This document shows positions 43,070 through 54,325 of a stretch of 64,000 nt of DNA, in pieces. Within the stretch, counting starts at the first letter, position 1. Every line of letters begins with the position of its first letter. Both the position numbers and the translations under genes were made by a program. This DNA is from Candidatus Latescibacterota bacterium (GTDB lineage Bacteria; Latescibacterota; UBA2968; UBA8231): the NCBI GenBank assembly GCA_963422735.1, contig OY730476.1, positions 4,416,001 through 4,480,000 on the forward strand, read 5' to 3'. Under the pieces are notes generated by a model that had not been told where the DNA came from, did no database searches, and saw only the letters and a list, made by a program, of their open reading frames with translations.

Positions 43070-43345
43070 TTACGGGATAACTTCAAAGCCCATCTGTAGG
43101 AAGTGATGGTCTAATGTCAATGCTCGGCGAATTCGCAGTTCTCGCATGAGAACAAAGCTGCAGCAGTCGGTGAAGGAGAATTCCTTATCCCGATAGCCGA
43201 AGAAGAGGGACCGCGCCCATTCTCTTCGCGTTTCATCAATGGACTCGATCCGCCGTCGAGCCGAGCCGTCGAGTTGCTGCCACCTATTGCGAATCGACAC
43301 AGGTCGGATGGTTGTTTCGGCCCTGCTTGTGACGGGCTCGCTCAT
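43070..43345 (-). pseudogene. VapC/PIN toxin C-terminal half fused to an unrelated N-terminus
   Basis: FSFTDCCSFVLM...ALTLDHHFLQMGF; N-terminal acidic PIN motif missing. Confidence 0.7.
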
Positions 43346-43379
43346 TCAGCGCGTCGAGGGCTTGATTCCAGCGCCGATC

Positions 43380-43626
43380 AGGTCCCAAGGCGGAAAATCA
43401 AGTGGCAGCATCCGCCACGGGATAGTGCCCTTGACGACATAGAAGATCGCACTGACCACATCGCATTTGGCCCATTTGCCGGGGTTGCCCCAAGGGTCGG
43501 GACGCTCGAAAGACGCCGCGATCTGAGCCCACTCCCGATCGGTCAAGTCGCTGGATTTCCATTATCTCTCTATGCAAAAGATCAATGCCGATATTCATAT
43601 TCTTTTTAGCGGAGATAGGCACAGCC
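43380..43626 (-). mobile_element. IS5-family (IS1031-like) remnant: one end plus transposase N-terminus (DUF4096)
   Basis: SDLTDREW...AIFYVVKGTIPWRMLPLDFPPW; end reads TAA|GGCTGTGCC on minus strand. Confidence 0.8.
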
Positions 43627-43628
43627 TT

Positions 43629-43757
43629 AGGAGCGTTCTTAAACCCCCCTCGGGCTGCTTTGCGAGGCTGTCGAGTGGCTCATAGGGCGAGACGCCCTCG
43701 GTCCTAGATACTTTGAGCTGAGCGAGAGACCGAAACCCTAGTTTTAAGAACGCTTCT
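43629..43757. mobile_element. MITE-like family B (129 bp)
   Basis: 15-bp TIR AGGAGCGTTCTTAAA / TTTAAGAACGCTTCT, one mismatch; same end recurs at 21058-21072. Confidence 0.75.
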
Positions 43758-43773
43758 CAAGCGATATAACTTA

Positions 43774-43984
43774 ACGGAATTTCCTAGTGTACGGTTGGGC
43801 ATTCCGGTTTCATGTAGGCGGTATCACTCGGCCTGCCCGTAGCCCTCGTCCGGGCTAGCGCGGTCCCCCGCGTCAATGTTCCGAGGCCCGTCGCCGGGTA
43901 CCCGCCGCCAAGGGGGCGGATGGGACTAACCACTAACCACTAACCACTAACCACTGATTAAACAGTCCTTCTAGGAAAGTCCGT
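43774..43984 (+). mobile_element. MITE-like family A, copy 3 (211 bp)
   Basis: 14-bp TIR with one mismatch; perfect 6-bp TSD AACTTA (43768-43773, 43985-43990). Confidence 0.93.
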
Positions 43985-43993
43985 AACTTAATT

Positions 43994-44206
43994 TCAGTGG
44001 TCCAACCTGCTACGGCTCTTACATCGGCCTGTAAGTGCATTGACAACAGAGGATTTCCCACTATTTACAGGACCGTAGAGTGATATAACTAATTTTTTTG
44101 ATCTCCTCGAATTCCTCGCTTTTTTCGCAAAAGATTCCTCGACTGCTTTTTTATGTCCCTCGACATCGGGTTCATCGGATTCAAATGCGTCGTTTACTTT
44201 GGCCAC
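43994..44206 (-). pseudogene. P-loop GTPase N-terminal fragment
   Basis: LYGPVNSGKSSVVNALTG then stop. Confidence 0.55.
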
Positions 44207-44275
44207 TATACTCTCTCCTTACTGGAAATAACGAAATCTGTCGTTGGATGCTCAATGTACACAAAGAATCATCCC

Positions 44276-44737
44276 CTAAGCCGATATATCGAGCAGGGCC
44301 TCTTCGTCGGCCAAAGCGTAGCCCTGTTCCAGCAGGTCGGCGAGGGTTGTGCGCGATAAAATTTGATCAACGGCCTGCTGCACTTGCCTCCATAGTGCGC
44401 GAACCGAACACGCAGTGAGCGAGTGCGTGCAGCAATCCGCGCTGCCGGCGAAGTGATCGCAGAAGTCGTCGTCGAAGAGGCGACCGCCCAGCGTGGCGAG
44501 CGCGTCGGCCACGGCGATTTGGTGGGGGGGCCTAGCGAGGGCGTAGCCGCCTTGCTGGCCGCGGGCACTTGCCACAAACCCGCCTTGCCGGAGAATGCGC
44601 AAGAGCTTGGCGACGTTGTGATGCGTGATCCCCTCGGCTTGGCTGATTTCCGGGATGGTCAGGCTGCGGCCGGGGGTTTGGCGCGCTAGTTGCAACAGGC
44701 AGCGCAGGCCGTATTCTTCGCGCGAGCTGAGTTTCAT
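44276..44737 (-). CDS. Rrf2 family regulator (IscR/SUF type)
   Basis: EYGLRCL, RGQQGGYALA, Cys cluster C..CC..C. Confidence 0.92.
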   Translation of the reverse strand: MKLSSREEYGLRCLLQLARQTPGRSLTIPEISQAEGITHHNVAKLLRILRQGGFVASARGQQGGYALARPPHQIAVADALATLGGRLFDDDFCDHFAGSADCCTHSLTACSVRALWRQVQQAVDQILSRTTLADLLEQGYALADEEALLDISA

Positions 44738-44738
44738 A

Positions 44739-45077
44739 TTACATCATGCCTAGTTCGAGTTTCGCCCCCTCGGTCATCATGTCTATCGTCCACGGCGGAT
44801 CCCACACGACCTCGACCGAAGCCGTGGCGAGGCCCGGGACATGGGCCTTGATTTTGTGCTCGATTTCCGGCGGTAACGTGCCGGCCACCGGACAGGCGGG
44901 CGAGGTCAAGGTCATGGTCACGTGGACGTCCTGCGAGTCGCTGACCTCGATTTCGTAGATCAGGCCGAGGGCAAAAATATCGACCGGAATCTCGGGGTCG
45001 TAGCAGGTTTTGAGCACGGCCACCACTTTGGCCTCGGTAGAATTAGGGGGAAAGGTTTTTTCGTGCAACAGTTCCAT
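44739..45077 (-). CDS. sufT: SufT/DUF59 Fe-S assembly protein
   Basis: DPEIPVDI..LGLIY, TLTSPACP, VWDPPW. Confidence 0.9.
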   Translation of the reverse strand: MELLHEKTFPPNSTEAKVVAVLKTCYDPEIPVDIFALGLIYEIEVSDSQDVHVTMTLTSPACPVAGTLPPEIEHKIKAHVPGLATASVEVVWDPPWTIDMMTEGAKLELGMM

Positions 45078-45090
45078 AGAGGACTCCTTT

Positions 45091-45191
45091 TTAGTGATCA
45101 GTGGTTAGTGGTTAGTGATCAGTGGTTAGTGGCCACCCCCTCTAGGTAGGGTGCGGGGAACTGATCACTGATCACTGATCACTGATCACTA
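45091..45191. repeat. Tandem-inverted heptamer palindrome between sufU and sufT
   Basis: Five GATCAGT/GGTTAGT units, 29-bp spacer, four ACTGATC units. Confidence 0.92.
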
Positions 45192-45193
45192 TT

Positions 45194-45646
45194 CTATTCG
45201 GTGGATGTGGGGGACGGGTCTTGTTCTATGGCCGCTTTGGCAGTGTGCCAAGCGAGGGTCGCGCACTTGACGCGCATGGGAAACTCGCGCACCCCAGCGA
45301 AAACGGCCATCTTGCCCAAAGCCCCGGTGTCGACGGGAGCGTCCGGTTGTGCGGTCACCATCTGCTGGAACTGCTCAAACAGCTCGACCGCCGCGTCGGG
45401 ATGCTTGCCCTTGATGGCGGTGGTCATCAGCGAAGCTGAGGCTTTAGAAATGGCGCAACCCGACCCCTCAAAGCGTATGTCGGCAATCCGCTCGTCGGCC
45501 ATGTGGAGATAGATGTGCAGGTGATCGCCGCACAGGGGATTGTAGCCCTCTTGCATGCGATTGGCCTCGGGCAGCTTGCCGAAGTTGCGTGGATTTTTGT
45601 TGTGATCGAGGATGATCTGCTGGTACAGTTCGCGAAGCTCTGTCAT
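45194..45646 (-). CDS. sufU: SufU scaffold/sulfur-transfer protein
   Basis: NPLCGD, GCAIS, RVKCATL. Confidence 0.95.
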   Translation of the reverse strand: MTELRELYQQIILDHNKNPRNFGKLPEANRMQEGYNPLCGDHLHIYLHMADERIADIRFEGSGCAISKASASLMTTAIKGKHPDAAVELFEQFQQMVTAQPDAPVDTGALGKMAVFAGVREFPMRVKCATLAWHTAKAAIEQDPSPTSTE

Positions 45647-45689
45647 TGTCGAAGTACCTCGTTGATGTTGTATAAACCCCTACCACTCC

Positions 45690-46919
45690 TCACCCTTCAA
45701 ACACCTTCTTGACCTTGTGTACCGCCGAGACTAGCGCATCAATTTCCGCGTGCGTGTTGTAAAAAGCCAACGAGGCACGCACCGTCGCCGGCACTTGGTA
45801 AAACTGCATGGTCGGCTGGGCGCAGTGGTGGCCGGCGCGTACGGCAATACCCTCGGCGTCGAGGACGGTGCCTATGTCGTGTGGGTGGATGTCGCCGAGC
45901 GTGAAGGAGAGGACGGCCACGCGCTCGCGGGCCGTGCCAATCAGGCGCAAGCCCGGGATGGCGGCGAGGGATGCGTCTGCGTACGCGAGCAAGTCGGCCT
46001 CGTACGCGGCGATTTGCTCTCTTCCTACGGAGTTGACGTAATCAATGGCGGCCTCCAAGCCAATACCGCCGGCGATGTGCGGCGTGCCAGCTTCAAACCG
46101 AGCCGGTGGGGGAGCATACGTGGTGCCGGCAAAGCTCACCTTCTCGATCATGGAACCACCGCTTTCATAGGGCGGCATGGCGTTTAAAAGGGCCTGCTTG
46201 CCGTAGAGTACGCCAATGCCGGTGGGGCCGAAGAGCTTGTGGCCGGAAAAGGCATAGAAGTCGCAGTCGAGGTCCTGCACGTCCACCGGCAGGTGAGGCA
46301 CTCCTTGCGCTCCATCGACGACGACGACCGCGCCGTATTGATGGGCCAAGGCGGCGATTTCCTTCACCGGCAGAATGGTGCCGAGGGCGTTGGAAGCATG
46401 GGCGACGGACACGATGCGGGTGCGCTCGGACAGCAGGCACTCGTATTCGTCGAAGAGGAACTCGCCCGTCGCGCTGATGGGTACTACCCGCAGGCGTGCG
46501 CCCTTTTCTTCGCACAGCATTTGCCACGGCACGATGTTGGAGTGGTGCTCTAGCTGCGAGACGATGATCTCGTCGTCAGGACCTACCTGCGGCCGACCGT
46601 AGCTGTGGGCGACGAGATTGAGCGCCTCGGTGGTGCCGCGCACGAAGACGACCTCGCTGCTCTCGCGGGCGTTGATAAACTGGCCGACTCGGCCGCGCGC
46701 TCGCTCGTACGCAAAGGTCGCCTGCTGGCTGAGGAAGTGGACGCCACGGTGGATGTTGGAGTTTTCGCGGGCGTAGTAGCGCTGGAGCGCGTAGAGGACC
46801 GTCAGCGGCTTTTGGGTGGTCGCGCCGTTGTCGAAATAGACCAGATCCTTGCCGCGAATTTTCTCGCCGAGTACGGGGAAGTCGCGGCGGATCTTGGCTA
46901 TGTCAAAGGAAGCGGTCAC
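45690..46919 (-). CDS. sufS: Cysteine desulfurase SufS
   Basis: DNGATTQKP, SGHK, RAGHHCA. Confidence 0.97.
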   Translation of the reverse strand: MTASFDIAKIRRDFPVLGEKIRGKDLVYFDNGATTQKPLTVLYALQRYYARENSNIHRGVHFLSQQATFAYERARGRVGQFINARESSEVVFVRGTTEALNLVAHSYGRPQVGPDDEIIVSQLEHHSNIVPWQMLCEEKGARLRVVPISATGEFLFDEYECLLSERTRIVSVAHASNALGTILPVKEIAALAHQYGAVVVVDGAQGVPHLPVDVQDLDCDFYAFSGHKLFGPTGIGVLYGKQALLNAMPPYESGGSMIEKVSFAGTTYAPPPARFEAGTPHIAGGIGLEAAIDYVNSVGREQIAAYEADLLAYADASLAAIPGLRLIGTARERVAVLSFTLGDIHPHDIGTVLDAEGIAVRAGHHCAQPTMQFYQVPATVRASLAFYNTHAEIDALVSAVHKVKKVFEG

Positions 46920-48208
46920 GAAGCAACTCCGGCGGCGGCTTGGTCCAGCCGGCGGTCTACTAGCCGGTCGAGTTGGTCTTTAAGGGTGGGGACGCGCACG
47001 CGGTTGAGCACCTCCCCAGCAAAGGCCCGCGTCAGTACCCGGACGGCCTCGCGGTGGCCGATGCCACGGGAACGCAAGTAAAAGAGGGCGTCTTCGTCGA
47101 GCTGGCCGATGGTGGCTCCGTGCGAACACTTGACGTCGTCGGCGTAGATTTCGAGCTGGGGCTTGGTGCTGATTTGCGCCGTCTCCGAGAGCAGGAGATT
47201 TTGGTTGGCTTGATAGGCATCGGTTTTTTGCGCGGCTTGGTGAACGTGGATTTTACCGCGGAAGACGCCGGTGGCGCGGCCACCGAGGATGCCCTTGTAG
47301 AACTCATGGCTCTGGCAGTGAGGCTCGGCGTGTTCGATGAGCGTGTGATTATCCACGTGTTGTGCCCCGTCCTCGATGTAGAGGCCGTTGAGAGTGGAGT
47401 CAACGCCTTCGCCCTCTAGGACAGTGTGGACGTGGTGGCGCGTCAAGTGTCCCCCCAAGGTGATGGAAGTCGAGCGGAATTGGGCGGCGCGTTCCTCGCG
47501 GACGTGGGTCGCCGCGACGTGGAAGGCGGCGGCGGACTCGCGCTGGACTCGGTAGTGGTCGAGCACGGCGTTGGGGCCGACGAAGAATTCGCTGACGCTG
47601 TTGGTCAGATACGGTTCTGCCTCTAAGCCGACGTAACTTTCGACTAGGGTCGCTTGGGCGTTGGCTTCGGCGACCACGAGGACGCGCGGATGGGAGACGA
47701 CGTTGGCGCGTCGGCCCGTGGAGACAAACAGCAAGTGGATGGGCTGCTCGACGATGGTGCCCCGAGGCAGATAGACGACCGCGCCGTCTTGCAAGAAGGC
47801 GGTATTGAGCGCGGTAAATGCCTCGTCCTCGGTGGTGGCGGCTTGGCCTAGGGAGTTCAAGAATAGATCGCCGTTTGAGGCGATGGCTTCGCCCAGGCTC
47901 TCGACGCGCACACCGGCGGGCAGACGGTTGAGCTGGGAATGCGCGAGGGCAAAGTGGCCATCGACAAAGACCAGCCCGTTGAGGCCGTAGCGGTAGTCGT
48001 CGAGAGGAGCCGGCACCGTCGTGGACGCGGCTAGCTCAAAATTGATCCGAGCCAGCGGGGCGATGTTAGTAAAAGCCCACTCCTCGTCTTTGGTTGTGGG
48101 AAAGCCACAAGCGGCAAAGTGCTCAATAGCCCTTTGACGCAGCGGCAGCAGTGCGCCTGTGACGACGAGGTCGTTAAAGTAGGACTGATAATGGGCGACG
48201 CCGTTCAT
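46916..48208 (-). CDS. sufD: Fe-S assembly protein SufD
   Basis: [26 protein letters not shown]. Confidence 0.95.
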   Translation of the reverse strand: MNGVAHYQSYFNDLVVTGALLPLRQRAIEHFAACGFPTTKDEEWAFTNIAPLARINFELAASTTVPAPLDDYRYGLNGLVFVDGHFALAHSQLNRLPAGVRVESLGEAIASNGDLFLNSLGQAATTEDEAFTALNTAFLQDGAVVYLPRGTIVEQPIHLLFVSTGRRANVVSHPRVLVVAEANAQATLVESYVGLEAEPYLTNSVSEFFVGPNAVLDHYRVQRESAAAFHVAATHVREERAAQFRSTSITLGGHLTRHHVHTVLEGEGVDSTLNGLYIEDGAQHVDNHTLIEHAEPHCQSHEFYKGILGGRATGVFRGKIHVHQAAQKTDAYQANQNLLLSETAQISTKPQLEIYADDVKCSHGATIGQLDEDALFYLRSRGIGHREAVRVLTRAFAGEVLNRVRVPTLKDQLDRLVDRRLDQAAAGVAS

Positions 48209-48954
48209 GCCGCTTGCTCCTTGACCCAATCGTAGCCCTTTTCCTCTAGCGTCAGCGCCAATTCTTTGCCGCCCGATTGGGCAATGCGCCCCTCGTAGAG
48301 CACGTGGACGAAGTCCGGGACTATGTAGTTGAGAAGACGCTGGTAGTGAGTGACGACGACGACCGCCTTGTCTGGGGCGTGGAGTTGGTTGACGCCTTGA
48401 GCGACGATCCGCAGCGCGTCGATGTCGAGGCCGGAGTCGGTCTCGTCGAGAATCGAGAGCTTGGGTTCCAACACGGCCATTTGCAAAATTTCGTGGCGCT
48501 TTTTCTCGCCGCCGGAAAAGCCTTCGTTGACCGACCGCTTGAGGAAGCTCTCGTCCATTTCCACCAAGGCGAGTTTTTCGCGGATTAGGCCAAGGAAATC
48601 GATGGCGTCGAGCTCCTCCTCACCGCGTTGCTTGCGGATTTCGTTGTAGCTTTGGTGGAGGAAATACGTGGAGTTGACGCCGGGGATTTCCACCGGGTAC
48701 TGAAAGGCGAGGAAGAGCCCGGCACACGCCCTCTCTTCTGGCGCGAGTTCGAGCAAATCCCGGCCGCAGTACGCGACCGACCCTTCGGTAATGTCGTAGC
48801 CTTCGCGGCCCGCGAGGACTTGGGCGAGGGTGCTTTTGCCCGAGCCGTTAGGGCCCATAATGGCGTGGATTTCGCCGGGTTCTACTTGCAGGTTGACACC
48901 GCGCAGGATGGGGGTGTCTTCAACGGCGACGTGGAGGTTTTCGATGTGGAGCAT
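48205..48954 (-). CDS. sufC: Fe-S assembly ATPase SufC
   Basis: [26 protein letters not shown]. Confidence 0.97.
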   Translation of the reverse strand: MLHIENLHVAVEDTPILRGVNLQVEPGEIHAIMGPNGSGKSTLAQVLAGREGYDITEGSVAYCGRDLLELAPEERACAGLFLAFQYPVEIPGVNSTYFLHQSYNEIRKQRGEEELDAIDFLGLIREKLALVEMDESFLKRSVNEGFSGGEKKRHEILQMAVLEPKLSILDETDSGLDIDALRIVAQGVNQLHAPDKAVVVVTHYQRLLNYIVPDFVHVLYEGRIAQSGGKELALTLEEKGYDWVKEQAA

Positions 48955-48997
48955 AGTGCGCTTTCGGTTGGGGTTGTAATGCTATGGGTGTATTGGA

Positions 48998-49372
48998 CTA
49001 CAGCAGATTTCGGTTGGTTTCGGGTTGCCAAGCGAGGATGATAGCGGCCTCCAACTCGCGGGTTTCTTCTTCGCTTTCGGTGAATGTTACCGAGAACTCT
49101 ACTAGATCGGGGAACATGCGGAGCTGGCGTCGCAGTTCGGGATTAGCCTCGTTCGCCAAGTGCTCCAGGAGACGGCGACGGACGCAAGTTATGGACATGC
49201 CGATGTAGAGTCGTTCGTGGGCATCTTCTATTTCATCGGGTAGCCACAGGGCATATAGGCCACAACAGTCCTTCGGTAGCGTTTGCACCTCTTCCCGGTT
49301 GAATGGGCGCAGGTTCTTTTCTAACTGATACTTCTTGGCGAACAAATTATTGGAATAGCTGACCCTGTGCAT
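48998..49372 (-). CDS. Stand-alone GIY-YIG nuclease; start uncertain
   Basis: GLYALW, LYIGMS, RRRLLEH, ELE, QPETN. Confidence 0.8.
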   Translation of the reverse strand: MHRVSYSNNLFAKKYQLEKNLRPFNREEVQTLPKDCCGLYALWLPDEIEDAHERLYIGMSITCVRRRLLEHLANEANPELRRQLRMFPDLVEFSVTFTESEEETRELEAAIILAWQPETNRNLL

Positions 49373-49580
49373 CTTCTTTCGTCCTTGAGAGGGCAGAAAG
49401 GATGTCTTGCCACGCGGAGACGAGATTGTTGAAGAGTACCGCATTTTGTGAGTCGCCTTTGCGATCGTAGTGATTGTAGAGAATACGCGCCAGTCGCTCG
49501 ACGGATTCGACATTGCCATCCATGGCCCGGGCGACATACGCCGCTCCTTCAATGCCGTCGCCGTGCTCGCGATTGAGGTA
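49347..49580 (-). pseudogene. C-terminal fragment resembling DUF1156 DNA methyltransferase
   Basis: Manual translation YLNREHG...VERLARILYNHYDRK...FNNLVSAWQDI...QGQLFQ*. Confidence 0.6.
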
Positions 49581-50637
49581 TCACTCCCCACAGGGTGTTA
49601 AGCGGATCGCCGTTTGGGGTTTTGGCTGCATCAGTGGGCGAAAGATACGTGCCGTCGAGCACGGCGACGCGGGCCTGAACACCAGTGCTTGAGGCCAGCC
49701 CGGCTTCTTCTACAATGCCGTGTATCTCGTTGTGGGTCTGCTCGGATTGGCCATTTTCGCTCGGATTGGTCAAGGCGTCGGTGCTATTCACTAGATGATA
49801 GAGCGCGATGAGGCTGTGAGTCTTACCGCCACCAAAGCCCGTTTTGGTCTGGATAACCGGATCGCCCCCGTTGCCACTGAGCCGCTTCAGGGTGTTCACT
49901 AGCAGGGTGCGAATGCCCGGGGTGATGTACGTATGGTTGAAGAAGCTGACCGGATTGCCGTACTGAGTCGCGTCGGCACGGCCGTCGTGGACCTGTTGGA
50001 GATCAGCGGCGAACTCGGCCTCTTGAAAGGTGCCTAGAGCCACATCAGGATTGGGACGGATGACCGTCCGCCAAGGAGCGAGATCGGTGGTTAGAGGGGA
50101 TGGTGGCGTTTCAGGTTGGCTCTTGGCAGGTGCCGCTGGTGCGGCCGTATCGCGTTGGCTAGAAGGGCTGGCGAGTTGGTCTCTGATCGCTTCTACAGTC
50201 TGCTTCTGCTGCGGCGCATTGATTTTGCCGAGTACATCGGCAATGTGAAACAGGTGGGTTCTGGCAAACTCAAAGTCTATGTCCTGTGGGCCAGGATGAG
50301 CCGCTTTATCTCGTGATTCCTTTATCAGCCATAGCGCATTCTGGATGCCCCTCTCGTCTCCGAACGGCTGTTGGAAAAACTCGTTCCATTTCCTGCCGAT
50401 GAGGTGAGGAAAATCGCCAATATCTATTGAGGCTTCTACATCGTTCCCGTTCTTATTCAGATTCTGGCTGAACTGCTTGGCCTGTCGGTCATTTAGAGCG
50501 TTGCGTATCACATCTTCGACCTGCTGGCCCCGAGCTTTCTTTAGAGAGCGGACAATAAACGGGCGCATGGCGTCGCGGTAGATGTCCAGTGCCTCGTTGA
50601 GCGCGTCTCTGTTTGGTCGGTCTATCGTCGTATTCAC
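49549..50637 (-). pseudogene. Swt1-like HEPN plus DUF499 ATPase N-terminus, truncated
   Basis: RDKAAH, PWRTVIRP..DV, EFAADL, TGFGGGKTHSL, breaks after TLWG. Confidence 0.85.
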
Positions 50638-50685
50638 GGACTTACCCTTCGGGCCATCGACAGTAGTGTAGGCTCGTAGCCTTAT

Positions 50686-52149
<1,464 letters not shown>

Positions 52150-52217
52150 GTTGGCTCCTTGTATACAAGAACGTAGGAATCTGTACAAAAAAGTCAAGTT
52201 TCAGGACGGGGCGGCGG

Positions 52218-53117
52218 CTAGCCCATTTTTTTGCGTTGCGCCAAGTAGCGCGATAGGGCCACGTCAAAGGGGGTTGCCGTATCGAGCAGGGCGTAGTCGA
52301 TGCCGGCCTCGGCGCACCCGAATCGATAGGTCTGGACCAGATCGTCCATCAGCGCGCGGTATTCGTGCTGGATGTGCCAGGGCTGGGTGGTGAGGGTTTG
52401 GTCTGGGTCTTCGAGGTCGTAGAAGCGAGTCTGATCGCGGAAGGCGAAGTCGCGCTCGCGGGGGTCGAGTAGGTGGAAGACGATCACTTCGTGCTGCAGG
52501 TGGCGGAAGTGGCGCAGCCCTTCGAGGACTTGGTCGGGCGCGTCGAGCAGGTCGGAGAGCACGATGACGAGGCCGCGGCGGCGGATGCGCTCGGCGAGAT
52601 CGTGGAAGGCCGGGGCCATGTGCGTCTCGCTGTGGGGTCTCGCTTGGTCGATGGTCTTGAGGAGCACTTGGAGGTGACTTTGCACCGAGCGCGGCGGCAC
52701 GTACGCCTCGATTTGGTGGTGATAGAGCAACAGGCCGGCCGCGTCGCGCTGCTTGAGCATGAGGTACGCCAGTGCGGCTGCTAAAGAGGCCGCGTAGCGA
52801 AATTTGCTCAACGGTGCGCCAGCCGCAAAATCCATGGAGCCGGACACGTCGAGCAGCAGATAGGCTTTGAGGTTGGTTTCCTCCTCGTACTGTTTGACGT
52901 ACAGGCGGCCGGACTTGGCATAAGCTTTCCAATCGAGGTCGCGCAGGGGGTCGCCCGGCAGGTAGGGACGGTGCTCAGAGAATTCGACCGAGAAGCCGTG
53001 GTATGGGCTGCGATGCAGGCCGGTGATAAAGCCCTCGACCACAAGGCGCGCAATCAGGTCGAGGCGCGCGAGGCGCGAGATGGTTTCCGGGCGGAGGTAG
53101 GAGACGGCTTCGCTCAC
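52218..53117 (-). CDS. DUF58 (VWA-like) protein
   Basis: GLHRSPYHGFSVEF, DVSGSM, VLSD. Confidence 0.93.
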   Translation of the reverse strand: MSEAVSYLRPETISRLARLDLIARLVVEGFITGLHRSPYHGFSVEFSEHRPYLPGDPLRDLDWKAYAKSGRLYVKQYEEETNLKAYLLLDVSGSMDFAAGAPLSKFRYAASLAAALAYLMLKQRDAAGLLLYHHQIEAYVPPRSVQSHLQVLLKTIDQARPHSETHMAPAFHDLAERIRRRGLVIVLSDLLDAPDQVLEGLRHFRHLQHEVIVFHLLDPRERDFAFRDQTRFYDLEDPDQTLTTQPWHIQHEYRALMDDLVQTYRFGCAEAGIDYALLDTATPFDVALSRYLAQRKKMG

Positions 53118-53118
53118 G

Positions 53119-54108
53119 TCAGGATTCTGGCTCCACGTCGGCGAGCAGGCGCTGGATCAGGCCGACCGCGCTGATGTTTTGCGCTTCGGCGTGGAAGTTG
53201 ACGACCATGCGGTGGCGCATCACCGGCAGAGCCACGGCACGGATGTCCTCGATAGCGACTGAATGCCGGCCGGCGAGGATGGCCCGCGCCTTGGCCGCTA
53301 AGACCAAGTACTGGGAAGCGCGCGGGCCGGCACCCCAGCTAACCATTTCGCGGATGTAATCCGGTGCTTGGGCGTCTCCGGGCCGGGAGGAGCGCACCAG
53401 CGAGACAGCGTAGCGGACGCAGTGATCGGCCACGGGCACTCGGCGCACGAGCTGTTGTAATTCGACGATCTGCTCGGCATCGACGACCTGGCGGACGGTG
53501 GCTTGGGCGACGCTGGTGGTGGCACGGACGATGTCCTCTTCCTCGCGATCACTCGGATAGTCGATCCACAGCTCAAAGATAAAGCGGTCGAGTTGGGCTT
53601 CGGGCAGGGGGTAGGTTCCCTCCTGCTCGATGGGATTTTGCGTGGCGAGCACGAAGAACGGCTCGCTGAGCTGCATGGTCTCGCCGGCCGCAGTGACCGC
53701 GTGTTCCTGCATGGCTTGGAGCAGGGCGGCTTGGGTTTTGGGGGGCGTACGATTGATTTCGTCGGCGAGGATGACGTTGGCAAACAGGGGCCCGCGGATG
53801 AAGCGAAATGCCTTGCGGCCGGTGTCGATATCCTCTTCGAGTACCTCGGTACCGGTGATGTCCGAGGGCATCAGATCCGGGGTGAATTGGATGCGGCCAA
53901 AGGAGAGCTCGAGCGTGTGTGCGAGGGTTTGGATGAGCGTAGTTTTGGCCAGGCCGGGTACGCCTACGAGCAGGCAATGGCCGCCGGAGAGCAAGGCTAT
54001 GAGCAGTTCCTCGACGATTTGCTTCTGGCCGATAACTACTTGGCCGACCTCGCCGTAGATGCGGTCCCTGATTTGGCCGAGCTGGGCTACGGCCTCGGTG
54101 TCTGACAT
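53119..54108 (-). CDS. moxR: MoxR family AAA+ ATPase
   Basis: GVPGLAKT, IQFTPDLMPSD, DEINR, ATQNPIEQEGTYPLPEAQLDRF. Confidence 0.95.
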   Translation of the reverse strand: MSDTEAVAQLGQIRDRIYGEVGQVVIGQKQIVEELLIALLSGGHCLLVGVPGLAKTTLIQTLAHTLELSFGRIQFTPDLMPSDITGTEVLEEDIDTGRKAFRFIRGPLFANVILADEINRTPPKTQAALLQAMQEHAVTAAGETMQLSEPFFVLATQNPIEQEGTYPLPEAQLDRFIFELWIDYPSDREEEDIVRATTSVAQATVRQVVDAEQIVELQQLVRRVPVADHCVRYAVSLVRSSRPGDAQAPDYIREMVSWGAGPRASQYLVLAAKARAILAGRHSVAIEDIRAVALPVMRHRMVVNFHAEAQNISAVGLIQRLLADVEPES

Positions 54109-54254
54109 GTACTTCCTTTCAGGACAATGGGTTGGTGAGTCGGCAGAAGGTATGGGCCGAGGGCCGGCTTGGCCAAACAGCCCGGACACTTAGAGGTTTG
54201 GGCTGTTTTATTATCGCCCGGACGTAGAATCACGATGCACTCCTCTACTATATC

Positions 54255-54305
54255 ATCCCTGAAATATCAACTGTGGCATACTGTGGGATATGATATTTCA
54301 GGGAT
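54255..54305. repeat. 15-bp perfect inverted repeat with 21-bp spacer
   Basis: ATCCCTGAAATATCA ... TGATATTTCAGGGAT. Confidence 0.8.
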
Positions 54306-54325
54306 CGATCAGCGCAAGTAGGTCG

